From contig OZ024743.1 in assembly GCA_964016885.1 (NCBI GenBank), positions 320,044,001 to 320,108,000 of the forward strand: a stretch of 64,000 nt of DNA, in the 5' to 3' direction. This stretch comes from Eledone cirrhosa (lineage: Eukaryota). A program made the translations under genes and the position numbers. The number at the start of each line of letters is the position of its first letter. Within the stretch, counting starts at the first letter, position 1. Below the pieces are notes generated by a model. The model was given only the letters and a program-made list of their open reading frames with translations. It did no database searches and had not been told where the DNA came from. Positions 13,571 to 26,670 of the stretch are shown here, piece after piece.

Positions 13571-14634
13571 ATTGCTGGCCTTGTGGCTAACATAGAAACA
13601 ATTATGTTCGTATAACTTTGGTTTGTTGTTTGGTCTCTTGTGTCCGGTTTAGAGGATCTTGTATTCGTATAACTTTGGTTTGTCTTTCGGTCTCTTGTAA
13701 TCACCTTCTCATCATATCACAATCCTTTTGTCGACGTGACATTTGTTGCTTCAGATTCTCGTGTAAAATGATGAAAGCTATTTTAAATAGCATCGTTTTA
13801 TCTGGAATTTGTATCTCTAGACATTCCATCATTTAAGTTCAAAAACATATTGAGAACGTGACAAATCTATTTCGTTTCGAATACTTGAATAATCCTAAAG
13901 CATATTGTCTCTGTCTCACCAAGAAAACATATATATACGTATATACACACATACAGGCACAAGCTCACAAACACACACACACTCACATACATACACAAGG
14001 ATGAGTATTGACGTGCATGTACGTCAATACTCATTATTTTCCAATTTTTAGAAGATTTTAAACCCCACTATCAGGCTAAAATTTCTCTAGCCAAAAACTC
14101 GGTGAAAGCTTCTATTTCTACTAACATTTCGAACTTCGCTCGCTGTTTCAAAACAAACTTACTTGTCATATATATATATATATATATATATTTTTTAGTA
14201 TATGTTGGTTGTTTACCGACACCTCAGTATGCAGATTGGAGCACTCGACGAAGTAGGCGGGGGGATCTGGTATCTGCAAACAATGTCTGAGCGAGACCCT
14301 CGAGATACTCAGCGGTGGAAGCAGCCTAATAAACCTCAAGACCGACTTCTTCGGTACATGTAGACACCTCAGGACCGGGACCTTCCTCAAGCTATATGGA
14401 CAATAACAACACATTGGGATGGGAACTACCCTCAAGCTATAGAGACAGTAGCCCCGCCACACCGAGCCCAAGGTAAACCACCCCCTACACACTCACAATC
14501 CCTACTCCTGCCTCGATCGACTCCTATAGCAACACATACTTATACGTATGTCCATACATAGATACTCTTGTTTAAAATTATACATACATAGATACTTACA
14601 TATATGTGTATATGTGTATATATATATATATATA

Positions 14635-15246
14635 AATACAAGTATGTATACGTACATAGATACATGTATACAGACGTACAGTAGTATGTATATACATACA
14701 TACATGCACACATATATATATATATACGTATGGGTTTAACGAACATTTATTATAATGTTCGGTTTATTTGCTAACAAACAGCCCGAATTAAGCCGTACAG
14801 TGTTCGGCAACCCTCGTTGCCCTTTTGTTCAACACTGACAAAGAAACGATGAACTAGTTTCTAGCTTATTAGCAGTCATAGCACCGTATACCTTCCTGTC
14901 AGTCAATTGAACGTTTAAAAGTATATACTTTCCTTATGCATATTAACGGCAGAGCAGCCTAATTTGCATATCGAGTGAGTTAGTCGGCTGGGCGTACCGA
15001 AAACGATAAATGGAAGAAATGAAATTTCATTTCTCACTCTTAGTACGGCTGTTACTTAAATACAAGTATGTATACGTACATACATATATGTATACAGACG
15101 TACAGTAGTATGTATATACATACATACATGCACACACATATATATGAACGTATGGGTTTAACGAACATTATAATAAATGTTTGTAAACCGAACATTATAA
15201 TAAATGTTCGGTAAACCCATACGTACATATATATGTGTATGCATGA
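14635..15246. repeat. ~125 bp direct repeat (14635-14765 and 15058-15185); the second copy folds back into a hairpin (~15125-15246)
   Basis: aatacaagtatgtatacgtacat...cgtatgggtttaacgaacatt occurs twice; cgtatgggtttaacgaacatt...aatgttcggtaaacccatacg. Confidence 0.75.
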
Positions 15247-15757
15247 ATATATGTACGAGCTTTCTTAGTGAGGAGGGTGATATTTGGACACCCTGCGGGA
15301 TGAAATACAAGACCCGGCAAAGAGCGGAGGAACTAAACAGAGTCAACGGCCATCCAAATAGTACTCAAATCCACCTGGCAGTGAAAGGCCTCCCAGTTGT
15401 CACAACACCTTTCTTAGAGAGGGAAACTCTGAAAAAAACCTGCCGCTTTGGAAGCATCCGATGATGTTGACAAGTTCTCCTTTTCGGGTAGTGTTTTCGA
15501 TGCTCAGAAAGTGGCGATTGGTCTAGTGCAAGGCCTTTTCCAACGTAAAGAACCCTCAAAGCACAGACATTGCTTGTTCAAGATCTCTTACAAGCGATTG
15601 CAATACATTTAGCTGAGTCTGCAGCCACCATATATATATATATATATATATATATGTCTGAATGAAGTAATTCCGTCGGAAAGTTATAGGAAAAAAGAGT
15701 GTTCAATGTAGGTTACAGAGTTTATTAGTTATGTAATAAACAACATAAGATAATTAT

Positions 15758-15815
15758 TTCATTTACCAGTGGTTTCTTGAAAGCAGATATATATGCATTC
15801 AGTCGTCAGAATGAA
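15758..15815 (-). ncRNA. Type I hammerhead ribozyme (same family as 5305)
   Basis: Minus strand: TTCATT-CTGACGA-cTGAAtgca...tgctTTCAa-GAAA-CCACTGG-TA-AATGAA. Confidence 0.8.
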
Positions 15816-15908
15816 TAAAACATGGTGTTTTTATTAAATGTGGATTTGAAAACAAAATATAAGAAATATGAAAGTGAGGCGGAGGAAACAACGGGCGAAG
15901 AAGAAAAG

Positions 15909-15956
<48 letters not shown>

Positions 15957-15962
<6 letters not shown>

Positions 15963-16801
15963 AATTAGTATATCTACCAACATATGTATACAGATTCATA
16001 CCTATGTTAGCAAATATATATGTTTTGTCTTAGTAACTTTGTGGTTCTATGCAAGGGGATGCAGAACAATTATATGAAAGACGTAAATAAGAAAGTTATG
16101 AAAATTGACTTACTTACTAAAATTTCACTCCAACTAATTAGTTTCTGTAAGGGGATAAATATGGTTACGGAGCGTATCCACAGAGAAGCCTTACGTCACC
16201 AGGGAGTCTATTCTCAGCTAAGCTTCCAGACAATGCGAGGACACTGGGAACTTATATAAAAATAATTCAGTGGATGGAAAAAAGCGAGCGGGGACTAGAT
16301 TCCAAGACATTGAAAAATTCACTGCCTACTTGGTCAAGTGGCAAATTCAAAAGAATCAATCACGTGACACTGAGGTTAATCAGTGAGAGTGGGGTGCTAT
16401 TAAGACAGGGCCTAGCCACTACTATTAAGCATAGTAGTAATTTCGGCAGTTTTGCTCAACAAATAATTTGGAGTTAATTATAAAGAATTAGTATATCTAC
16501 CAACATATGTATACAGATGCATACCTATGTTAGCAAATATATATAGGCCCTGTCTTAATAGCACCCCCACTCTCACTGATTAACCTCAATGTCACGTGAT
16601 TGATTCTTTTGAATTTGCCACTTGACCAAGTAGGCAGTGAATTTTTCAACGTCTTGGAATCTAGTCCCCGCTCGCTTTTTTCCATCCACTGAATTATTTT
16701 TATATAAGTCCCGTAACCATATTTATCCCCTTACAGAAACTAATTAGTTGGAGTGAAATTTTAGTAAGTAAGTCAATTTTCATAACTTTCTTATTTACGT
16801 C

Positions 16802-16812
<11 letters not shown>
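15957..16812. mobile_element. Non-coding PLE-like fold-back element with an internal 64 bp direct repeat, between (TA)n tracts
   Basis: 16071-16413 is inverted relative to 16545-16810, with 16170-16248 absent from the right arm. 15957-16020 is repeated at 16480-16543. Confidence 0.8.
16127..16207 (-). ncRNA. Type I hammerhead ribozyme (A6G variant)
   Basis: Minus strand: ACTCC-CTGGTGA-cGTAAGG...CCTTACa-GAAA-CTAATTAG-TT-GGAGT. Confidence 0.7.
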
Positions 16813-16873
<61 letters not shown>

Positions 16874-17493
16874 GACGAAGGACTATTTTTATCATATGTA
16901 ACTCACGCAGTATTCTTCTTTCTGCAAACCACGCAGTATTCTTCTTTCTTCTCATGTATTTTATATATATTTACCTCGGCTGCGTTTGTCTGTTTCTCTC
17001 TTACTGCTTCCCCGCTCTCCCTGTTTCTCTCACCTTCTTTCGCCCCCTCTGTCAGTTACACTTTCTCTCGACTGACCTCTTCCTCACACTTCCACTCACT
17101 CACTCTCTGTTTCCCCCCTTCTCACTTCCTCCCGTTTGGCTTGTGTGGGTCTCTTCTTGCTCACATCTCACACACATCAACACGGTCTGTACCTCTCTCG
17201 CTCATGAAATCCACCCAGCTTAAGCTGACTGGACAACCATGTTGCTTGTTTATTTTCCTATCTTCGGTTTGCTTTTATCCTTCTATGTTGTTTACTTGTC
17301 CCCCTCGCCTTACGCGAATTCTGGTCCCAATAACTTTTTTTAGTTATTGCTCACACCAACCTGAGGTATCTGATTTTTAATGCGATGAAATACCAATGAT
17401 GGTTGGAAAATCACTGACGAAGGACTATTTTTATCATATGTAACCCATGTGCAAACCACGCAGTATTCTTCTTTCTTCTCATGTTTTTTATAT

Positions 17494-17527
<34 letters not shown>

Positions 17528-17872
17528 ATATATAAAATAAATAAATGAACATACATACACACACTCAACCACGCGCATATACTTAAAAAGTACGTAGACA
17601 TAAGCTGTCACATAAGCGTATATGTATCAACCAACATGAACAAAATACACACACATACATATACATGAAGTAATAAGAATAAATAAATAAATGAATAAGA
17701 ACAAAAAATATTCAATGTAAAAAATAAAATAAAATAAAATAAAATAAGATAGACAGAGGATGGGCGTTGACAACGATAAGAGAGAGGGGGGGGGGGGGGT
17801 AAGAATAAACAAAAATAAACAAATACAGGAAGTGTGCAATTACATAAAAATACAGATACACAAAATTTAAAA

Positions 17873-17936
<64 letters not shown>

Positions 17937-18084
17937 GCATACACACATACATACATACACACGCACGCACACAAACAACCAAAAAACACATCCACAAATG
18001 TAAGTGTATATATATCAAAAAGATGAAATCGAAAATGCAACTGGAGTCTTATTTTAAAAATATATATATATATTTCTTTGGTTC

Positions 18085-18120
18085 CTTTACCGGTTTCGCA
18101 GTTCTTCTGCTTTTCAAAAG
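18085..18120 (-). ncRNA. Hammerhead ribozyme, U3-A8 variant, in the pLTR; a truncated copy lies at 20535-20560 (+)
   Basis: Minus strand: CTT-TTGAAAA-GCAGaagaaCTGC-GAAA-CCGG-TA-AAG. Confidence 0.75.
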
Positions 18121-18950
18121 TAGAGTTGAGATGCAGGGTCTGTGGTTTTTCTCACATCTGGTTGGTCTCTGAATGTTACTTGTTTTATATGGAAAAAAAG
18201 TGGCTCGAAACGCCAGGTTTTTACAGAAGTAATTTGATTGGTTGGTCAATAAGTATAATAAATTTCGCGCTCGTATTTATTTTGTAGCCTTTTAGAGAAT
18301 GTAATGACAAGCAAAAGAATGGTAAAGAGAAATGGGATGGGAGAATTGTTCTGGTTCAGTGAATATGGCTAGTTCGTTGGGGTGTCAGAGTTCAGATTTT
18401 CTATTGAAATAAAGAAAGTAGACATTTGTATGTTTATTTGTGTGTTTGTGTGTGTGTGTGTGTGTGTATAGTAAGATGATTCTATTGGTAGAAATGGGGG
18501 AAGGGGTTGTGTGTGTGTATATGGGTGTTATGTGTGTGTGGGAGTATGTTAAGATGGACAGAATATATATATTTTGTGTGTGTGTGTGTGTAGGAAAATG
18601 ATTCTATTAGGAGAAATGGGGGAGATAGTTGTGTGTGTGTGTGTGTGGGGGGGGTATTAAGTGTGTGTGTGTATGGGTGTTATGTGTGTGTGGGAGTATG
18701 GTTAGCCTGTTAAGATGAAGAGAATATATATTTTGTGTGTGTGTGTAGGAACATGATTCCGTTAGTAGGAATATTTTTGAATGAACATATTTTCCCTACT
18801 TATTCGTATTTGTTCTGTTGCATTGTCAGCGCAAACGTATGTTAAGGTTTATTTAGTTCGGGTTTTTATTTTCTAAAGTAGAAGGTGTTATGTGTGTGTG
18901 CATGTGTCTGTTTGGATGGTTAGCATGTTATGGTGTTGACATAATGTATA

Positions 18951-19920
18951 TTAAACCATATTTAATGCTGGTCTATATTTTTGAATAAACATATTTTCCT
19001 TATTTATTCGTATTTGTTCTGTTGTATTGTCAGCACAAAGGTAAAATGTGAAGACTTGGAATTTGGGTGTCTTATTACTTGCGCAAATGTCTAGAGATGC
19101 GCTTAGTGGTATCTGTCTCTTGGTTGGATCTCGTAATTGTTGGCAATGAACTGTCATTCTATTTCTGAGTGTGAGTTTAGTTTGTCCTATATAATCTTCA
19201 TTGCATACTGTACATTTAATGGCATACATTATATTTTTTGATAAGCAAGGGAAGTGATTTTTTACAGGAAAATTTTGTCCTGATTTAAATGTATACATGT
19301 TGCCTTCAATGAGGTGAGTGCAGGTTCCACAATTAGAGTGACCACATTTTTTGAGAGTTGGTTCTGGGTTTGTGGTAGGTAATTTAGTATTGGTGAGTAA
19401 TGTTTTCAGTGATTTCGGTTGTCTTTTGCTTTTGATTATTTTGTGTGTTTCAAGGGCTTTTTTCATTCTTGGGTCTTGTTTGAGTAGTGGAATGTTCTTG
19501 TGAATAGTGTTGTAAGCTTCCGCATTTTTGGGTTGTGTGTTGAGATATATGATAGAATATTGGACGTACCTTGAATTTGTTTCTGTTTTCGTAATTCATC
19601 AATGCCTATTACTTTAGCCCTTTCTATTCCATTATTTATTAGTACTGGTGGGTACTGTCTTTCGAGTAGAATTTCCTTTAATTCTTGAAGTCTTTTATTT
19701 CGCGTTTCATAATTGGAGACAATTGTGCAAATTCTTCTTGCTAGGTTAAAAGGAATGTTCGTCTTCGAGTGCTTTGGCAGGTATTGTTTGGAATCTGTTG
19801 GTTTGTAGTGTATGTCAGTTTCAATATTTGTGTCTTTTTTTAAGATTAAGATGTCCGGAAATGGCAGTTGATCTTGGCTGTATTCCATTGTGAATTGGAT
19901 ATGGTAATTGATGCCATTTA
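18951..19920 (-). pseudogene. PLE RT thumb plus GIY-YIG endonuclease, frameshifted and 5'-truncated
   Basis: LPFPDILI...HYKPTDSKQYL; KCGHSNCGTC; NIMYAIKCTVCNEDYIGQT...RMTVH; KENMFI...PALN. Confidence 0.88.
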
Positions 19921-20771
19921 TTAAATTTTTATAATAGAAAATATGAACTCTGGCACCCCAACGAACTAGCCATATTCACTGAACCAGAACAATTCTCCCA
20001 TCCCATTTTTGCTTGTCATAAAATTCTTTAAAATAAATTCCCAAATACGGGCGCGAAATTTAATGAACTTGTTCACGTGACAGCCATAATTTCATTTATA
20101 ACCAATCAAATTACATTAAAAAAAAAAGCCTTCGTGGGCCACTTCTTTTATTGTCATAAAATTCTCTAAAAGGCTACAAAATAAATTCCCAAATACGGGC
20201 GCGAAATTTAATGAACTTGTTCACGCGACAGCCATAATTTTATTTATAACCAATCAAATTACATTTAAAAAAAAAAGCCTTCGTGAGCCCCTTTTTTTAA
20301 GTAAAAAGAAATTCAAACTATGATATATGAAAAAACAACCTGATCCCCCTCCCCTTGGTTGAAGAACTTTGAAACGTGAACTGGCGCGAAATTTATTATA
20401 CTATTTACCAACCAATCAAATTACTTCTGTAAAAACCTGGCGTTTTGAGCCACTTTTTTTCCATATAAACCAAGTAACATTCAAAGACCAACCAGGTGTG
20501 AGAAAACCACAGACCCTCCTTCTCAACTCTACATTTGAAAAGCAGAAGAACTGCGAAACCATCATTAACATCATCAACACATACCATCCCTCACTCCCAG
20601 ATCGACTGTGTCATATCCGCCCCCGTCTGCCTTACCCTGTAACACACCGTAACTTCTGATCATGTAATCATTTTGTCGAACATATCACCTCAAGCACCAC
20701 CACCATGACGACAACATAAATATTTTTTACATATACGGACGTATAAATATGCGTGCGTGTATGCATATAAA

Positions 20772-20888
<117 letters not shown>

Positions 20889-21758
20889 ATGTATATGTAT
20901 ATGTATATATATGTTTGTGTGTATATATGTGCGTATATGTGCATGTATGTGTATGTGTGTGTATGTGTGTGTGTGTGTGTATATGTGTGTGTATACATGT
21001 CTGTGTATGTGTATGTATATGTATACGTGTTGTGCGTGTATGTGCGCATATCCGTATGTGTGTATGAGTGTATGTATGTGTATGTCTATATCTATAACAC
21101 CATCTCCATTGGCTCTCACCTTCCCTCCATCTTTGTCCTACGCCACCCCCACAGATACTCCCCACTTTCCCTATATGTGTCCGCACGCCCACATGCACAT
21201 ACTTGTGTGTATATATGCATATGGGTGTGTATGTGTGTGTAGATATGTGTGGGCGCGGCTGTGTGTGTGTGGGCGCGGGTGTGTGTCTGTGGACGCGGGT
21301 GTGTGTGTGTGTATGTGGGTGTGTTCCTGTGTATATATATGAATATATATATGCGCATGTATTCATACATGTGTGTGTATGTATGTATATATATGTATAT
21401 ATATATATACAACGTATTTGTCAGACGAAGAGCGTCTAGCTATGTATCTCCCCAAAGACTCGACACCACCAAGACATCAACCACACCACCACAAACGTCA
21501 CTACCATATACAACAACACCACAACCACACCCCACACACGCCAACCCGTCTACCAACAACCCACTAACCCCACACCACAGCCCATCCAAGTAAATGACCG
21601 TCACCACCATCTTATCATCACATCCACCCCATATACACTACAGGCCAGTACACCCCTTTGATCCTTCCCACCAATCAAAACAACTCATTTTGTCAAACCT
21701 TTGAAATTCTGACTTTAACACATAGCATGTATTTCATTTTCTTATAGCATTTTAAAAG

Positions 21759-21843
21759 GGTCCGTCGAGCTGCCGATTATTGAGTCGGGTAAGATCGATA
21801 CAGATCGAACCTTGAGCTGATCAGTGGCGAAACGCGCGTCACC
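21759..21843 (+). ncRNA. Degenerate type I hammerhead ribozyme
   Basis: GGT-CCGTCGA-GCTGCCGATTA...TGATCAGTGGC-GAAA-CGCGCG-TC-ACC. The core differs from CUGANGA at two positions. Confidence 0.55.
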
Positions 21844-21887
21844 TATCAATAAATGCAATGAAGGAGTAATCAATTGTCCTTGTTATC

Positions 21888-21949
<62 letters not shown>

Positions 21950-22000
21950 AAAATTATAAAAAATAAACCAAAGAAGCCTTCAATACATCAAAAGTCTCTA

Positions 22001-22044
22001 TTAGGCAACAATGTTTCGTCCTACTAAGGACTCGTCAGGGCAAG
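22001..22044 (-). ncRNA. Minimal type I HHR (inverted arm copy)
   Basis: Minus strand: GCC-CTGACGA-GTCCT tagt AGGAC-GAAA-CATTG-TT-GCC; one stem I mismatch. Confidence 0.75.
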
Positions 22045-23722
22045 TAAAGCTACAAGAAGCACTATCGGCCAATACAAGCCAAAAACTCAGAAGAATATGG
22101 AGTATACATCTATTAAAGCTTAGGAAAGATATCAAGGAAAAGTTGGGTAAGATTAACAGTGAGCAGTTACAAACATAGATATAGACCAAATAGCAAGGAA
22201 GTGATTAACATATTGAACCCACATTGCAAATATTGTATAATGCAAAAACTTGAAACACAAATGGTAATATAATGCGAGAATTACAGTACGATATAGAATA
22301 TAATATAATATAATATATGGTGATAATAAAAAGCTTAATATATGTATATATATATATTTATACATATACACATCAGTTTAAACACAAACTAACACTTATT
22401 AAGTATTTAAATATATATATATATATATATATATATTGTTTACAGTATAATATAATAAAGATAAAAATAAGAATAAAGATAAAAATAAAAATAAAAATAA
22501 AATATAATATATAATTCCCTGTCAGTGTGCATGAACAATATAAAAACATTATAATAACATTATAATAACAATATTATAATATATAGGCATCAAAAGATAT
22601 ACAAAATTACATCATACATATAATTCAAGGTTAACAAATAGTATAGAGTTTTACACAGGGTAAGAAAAAAATCATATAGAACTAAATTGTGTTGAAAAAA
22701 TTGTGTTGAAAAATATCTATACCATTGTAACAAATACACGGAGGTCAAGTCATTTTACATTGGCATAAATATTACCAAAATATCACAAAATATTACAAAA
22801 TATAACAGAACAGTACCTCAAATAACAGACATATATTAAAATCTATAATACGATTACGTAAAAATGATATGATATAACAACGTTAATATCAAATAGCAAA
22901 CAGAGTCTAAGGAAATGCTTAATATATATATTTACGTGGTTGACATACACAGACATATATTAATGAAATTACATGGATCAGATAGACAGCGTGAGGTAAT
23001 AAAAAAATAAATTAAATAAACCGAAGATCGAAAAACAGAAACAAGTATATTTACTTAGGTATCACAAGCGGTTAAGTAAAAGAAAAAAAGATAGAAATGT
23101 AAACCAGAGAATTGACTAGAAAACCTTTTTAAATTAATTAATATTAAAAGTATTTAAAATACATATTTAGTCACTTCAAAATTGGCTAGTGTTTAAGTCA
23201 TCAAAATCGTACAGGTTTAAGATATCTCAATAAAATTATCAAGAATAGAGTAAAATATGGTCCGTTCAGTCGAATAACGTTATCAAATAAAAGGACTCTA
23301 AATAGAACTATGGTAGACCAATGGGAACAGAAAGAAGAGAGGTTATGGAGGATAGGAAGGAGCATAAAAGTAAAATCAATATATTATATAATATCATAGA
23401 AAGGAGCATAAAGGTGAAATGTATATATAGTATAATAGAAGGGGCGGATATGAAGTGTGTTGAGGATTATATTACCATTTTCAAGTTTTACCATTATATT
23501 ACCATTTGTGTTTCCAGTTTTTCTATTATACAATATTTGCAATGTGGGTTCAGCATGTTAATCACTTCCTAGCTATTTGGTCTATATCTATGTTTGTAAC
23601 TGCTCAGTCTTAATCTTAGCCAACTTTTCCTTGATATCTTTCCTAAGCTTTAATAGATGTATACTCCATATTCTTCTGAATTTTTGGCTTGTATTGGCTG
23701 ACAGTGCTTCTTGTAGATTTAC

Positions 23723-23765
23723 TTGCCCTGATGAGTCCTTAATAGGACGAAACATTGTTGGCTAA
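23723..23765 (+). ncRNA. Minimal type I HHR in the 5' pLTR
   Basis: GCC-CTGATGA-GTCCT taat AGGAC-GAAA-CATTG-TT-GGC. Confidence 0.88.
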
Positions 23766-23984
23766 TAAAGACTTTTGATGTATTGAAGGCTTCTCTGGTT
23801 TATTTTTTATAATTCTTCGGCTCTGTTTAATTACATTGAGTTATATCTCATACTGACATTTCTATAATATGAAGAGAGCGTTTAACTCCAACACACTCTA
23901 GTATTTTAATTCTTGTTACGGCTCCCGATTGGTTGAGCTTCTTCCTATATACTGGTGTTTTGGCCTTTATATATATCTGACAGT

Positions 23985-26670
23985 ATGCTAACAAAGAGCT
24001 ACCTGCCTTTATCTCTGAAGAATATTCCCATCCCCTCTAGAAATACTTATGAAAAACTCTTAATTGCTAGTGTTAACTACTTCGTATAAAGGATTAGATG
24101 GCGTGCTTTCCACTTTGATATTAATAGGAATGGGATTGACCCCCGGGATAGGTCACGTTTCAATAACTTTGGCTTCAAGACTTATAAGAGCCCACCGCAT
24201 AATGTTCTATAGATAATTTTGAGAACGATTTACTTTCCCTTGTCAAAAATATAAAGTATAGGCCGTATAATAGATATGGGAACTATAATAAGTTCGACAG
24301 GTTCCAGTCTAAACTTAAGAATATCGTTAAGGATTTTAAAGGGAATAAGTCTATGTTTGTCCCGGCTGACAAGACTAAGAATCTTTACTCTATGGATTAC
24401 AATGCTTACCGTAATTTTATTTATAAGGAGCTGCATAAAATTTACAAAAAGACAACGCAGGATAATTTGGATCATATCAATAATGAGGGTCTCAAGATAG
24501 TTTCGGACCTGGGCCTTGATAAGTATACCCAGCCATATTACCCTAGGGAACCGAGATTCACTCTTAAGGATCATAAGGTAGACTTCATTAGTAATCCTTC
24601 TGTTAGACTCATTAGTCCTTCTAAGTCTGATATAGCTATAATTAGTAAGAAAATCCTTGACCTGATTATACCAGCCGTTAGGGAAAAGGTTCATTTTAAT
24701 CTATGGGGGAGCACTAAGGATTTTATAGATTGGTTCGCTGGTATTAATAAACTTGAGTCTAGTAGGTTTATCCAGTTTGATATTGATGCCTATTACACGT
24801 CGATTTCACCTATCCTCCTTAATAAAGCCTTAATTATGGCCATGCGGGTGTCTAGCCTTACACGACCGCAGATTGATGTTATTCTGGCAGCCCGTAGGAC
24901 TATCATCAAATTCGAGGATACACTTTGGACGCGTAAAAACACACCCAACAACTTCGACGTTACAATGGGTTCAAGTGATTCGGCCCAGGTAACTGATCTT
25001 GTTGGGCTGTTCCTCCTTAATGAACTGTATGTTACCTTTCCGCACCTTAAAGGCGGACTTTATCGTCACGATGCATTGTTTGTGATAAACTCTAGCACCA
25101 ATAACATTGAGCATAATAGGAAGAAACTTTATAAATTTTTAAAAAATTTTAACCTTTCGATCACGATTGATAGAAATGATAGAGCGGTCAACTTTTTAGA
25201 TGTGACTTTGGACTTGGTCACTAATAGTTATAAACCCTTCCATAAGCCAAATGAGATACTCTCTTATGTTAATCCCAATTCTAACCACCCCAAATCTATG
25301 ATTAGCTCTATAATTAACGGTGTATCTAATAGAATTTCCACACTCTCTAAGGATATAGGAATATTTCATTCACATGCGGAGTACTATAATAATGCCCTAG
25401 CTAACTCTGGTTACTCTGGTAAAATACGTTATAATGAGAACAACCTTAGAAAGTCTCCGTTTACCCATAATAATAATAACATAATATCCCATAATATGGC
25501 CATGAATGGGAGTAGAAAGCATAAGAATCGTAGAAATCCCATAGGTGTATCTGAACCCATCCATAGGTTAAGCTACCGTAATCGTAACAGTGAGTCTAAT
25601 GGTACACTTTTCGGGATTAGTTCTAGGGAACAAGTTAGGCACTCTGATCGCTCACTTAGTGGTAATTCTAATAGTGTTGTTCAACTGGTCCTGGCAGTAA
25701 CCCTAATCTTATTGATATGATTCCCGATAACAGTAGATATACTAAAGGTAGAAACAGAAGGAGATTCAATAGGGTTTTGGCTGCTTCTAATAATATTGTT
25801 TCAACTAGTCCTTGTAGTAACCCTGATCCTATTAGTGGGATACAGGATAACGGTAGAGTTGGTAAGGATAGACATATGAGGAGACTCAATACTTATTTTA
25901 ACCCGCCTTATGATCATAAAGTATTAACTAACATGCCTAGGTCTTTCTTTTCTATCTTAGAGAAAAATTTCCCTCCTTCTAATAAATACCATGGTATTTT
26001 TAATAAAAATGTAATTAAACTATCATTCTCTACCACCCCTAATATTAGTTCTCATTTAGCTAGCACTAACAATAGGAAACTTAGGGACAGCTACTCCTCT
26101 TTGCGTACTACTAGTCTTGATAGATCCATTAATGCCTTACCACCTGAGTAGATCTATTCTTATAATAACCCTAGGAGTGATGCATCACTCATTCAGCCGG
26201 TCAATAGCACCCGGAAGTGTAACTGTAGAGTAAGTATTAACTGCCCTTTAAATGGTCACTGCCTCTCTAGGAACATTGTTTATGCTGGTGAAGTTAAGAC
26301 TAATTCTTCTAATAGCACATATATAGGCTCCACATCTAATACTTTTAAAACTAGGTTTAATTCTCATATCTCTAATTTTAAGCATGTTAAGTTTAAGAAC
26401 TCTACTTCTTTAGCACACCATATCTGAGATCTTAAAGGGGCTGGTATGCCATATAGCCTTAATTGGCGTATAGTAGCACGCTCTAATAACCTATCAACAC
26501 ACACTAAATTCTGTAATCTCTGTATCCTAAAGACCCACTCTATAATTTTCTCGTGGGAAGTTTTGCTTAATAGAAAGTCTGAGATATTTTCTTCCTGCCC
26601 CCATGCCATTTCTAATTCTTTCTTCTATTATAGACCTAAAAGTACTGGTAGTTTAAATCGTATCCATTAG
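23985..26670 (+). pseudogene. Naiad-type PLE RT-GIY-YIG ORF with stops, frameshifts and a mutated RT motif (LYRHD)
   Basis: ATG at 23985: MLTKSYLPLSLKNIPIPS...V*RIRWRAFHF; FVPADKT; QFDIDAYY; FDVTMGS; NFLDVTLDL; YFNPPY; CNCRVSINCPLNGHC (CxCx5Cx5C); IVY...YIGST; CNLC...CPH. Confidence 0.85.

Larger units (their letters stand above)
18016..20560 (-). mobile_element. 5'-truncated Neptune-type Penelope-like element with a 3' pLTR and an inverted partial pLTR at the truncation point
   Basis: RT thumb and GIY-YIG ORFs 19463-19888 and 18951-19466. pLTR at 18020-18380. 19957-20560 is inverted pLTR-related sequence that includes a ~142 bp tandem duplication (20011-20295). Confidence 0.88.

Noticed and set aside
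14200-15630. GC-richer islands (also 8400-8830 and 29870-30540) as host exons or RNA genes
   Set aside because: No recognisable protein, tRNA or rRNA signature; probably unclassified repeat fragments.
16872-17490. CTGACGA-containing ~80 bp direct repeat (16872 and 17414) as an HHR
   Set aside because: No convincing stem II or GAAA follows; at most a decayed pLTR.
26425-26430. In-frame TGA in the Naiad-type GIY-YIG domain as possible selenocysteine (some Naiads encode selenoproteins)
   Set aside because: It falls at a position expected to be Trp (HI*DLK), all visible Cys motifs use TGT/TGC, and the copy has other stops and a YRHD RT motif. Simple decay is more likely.
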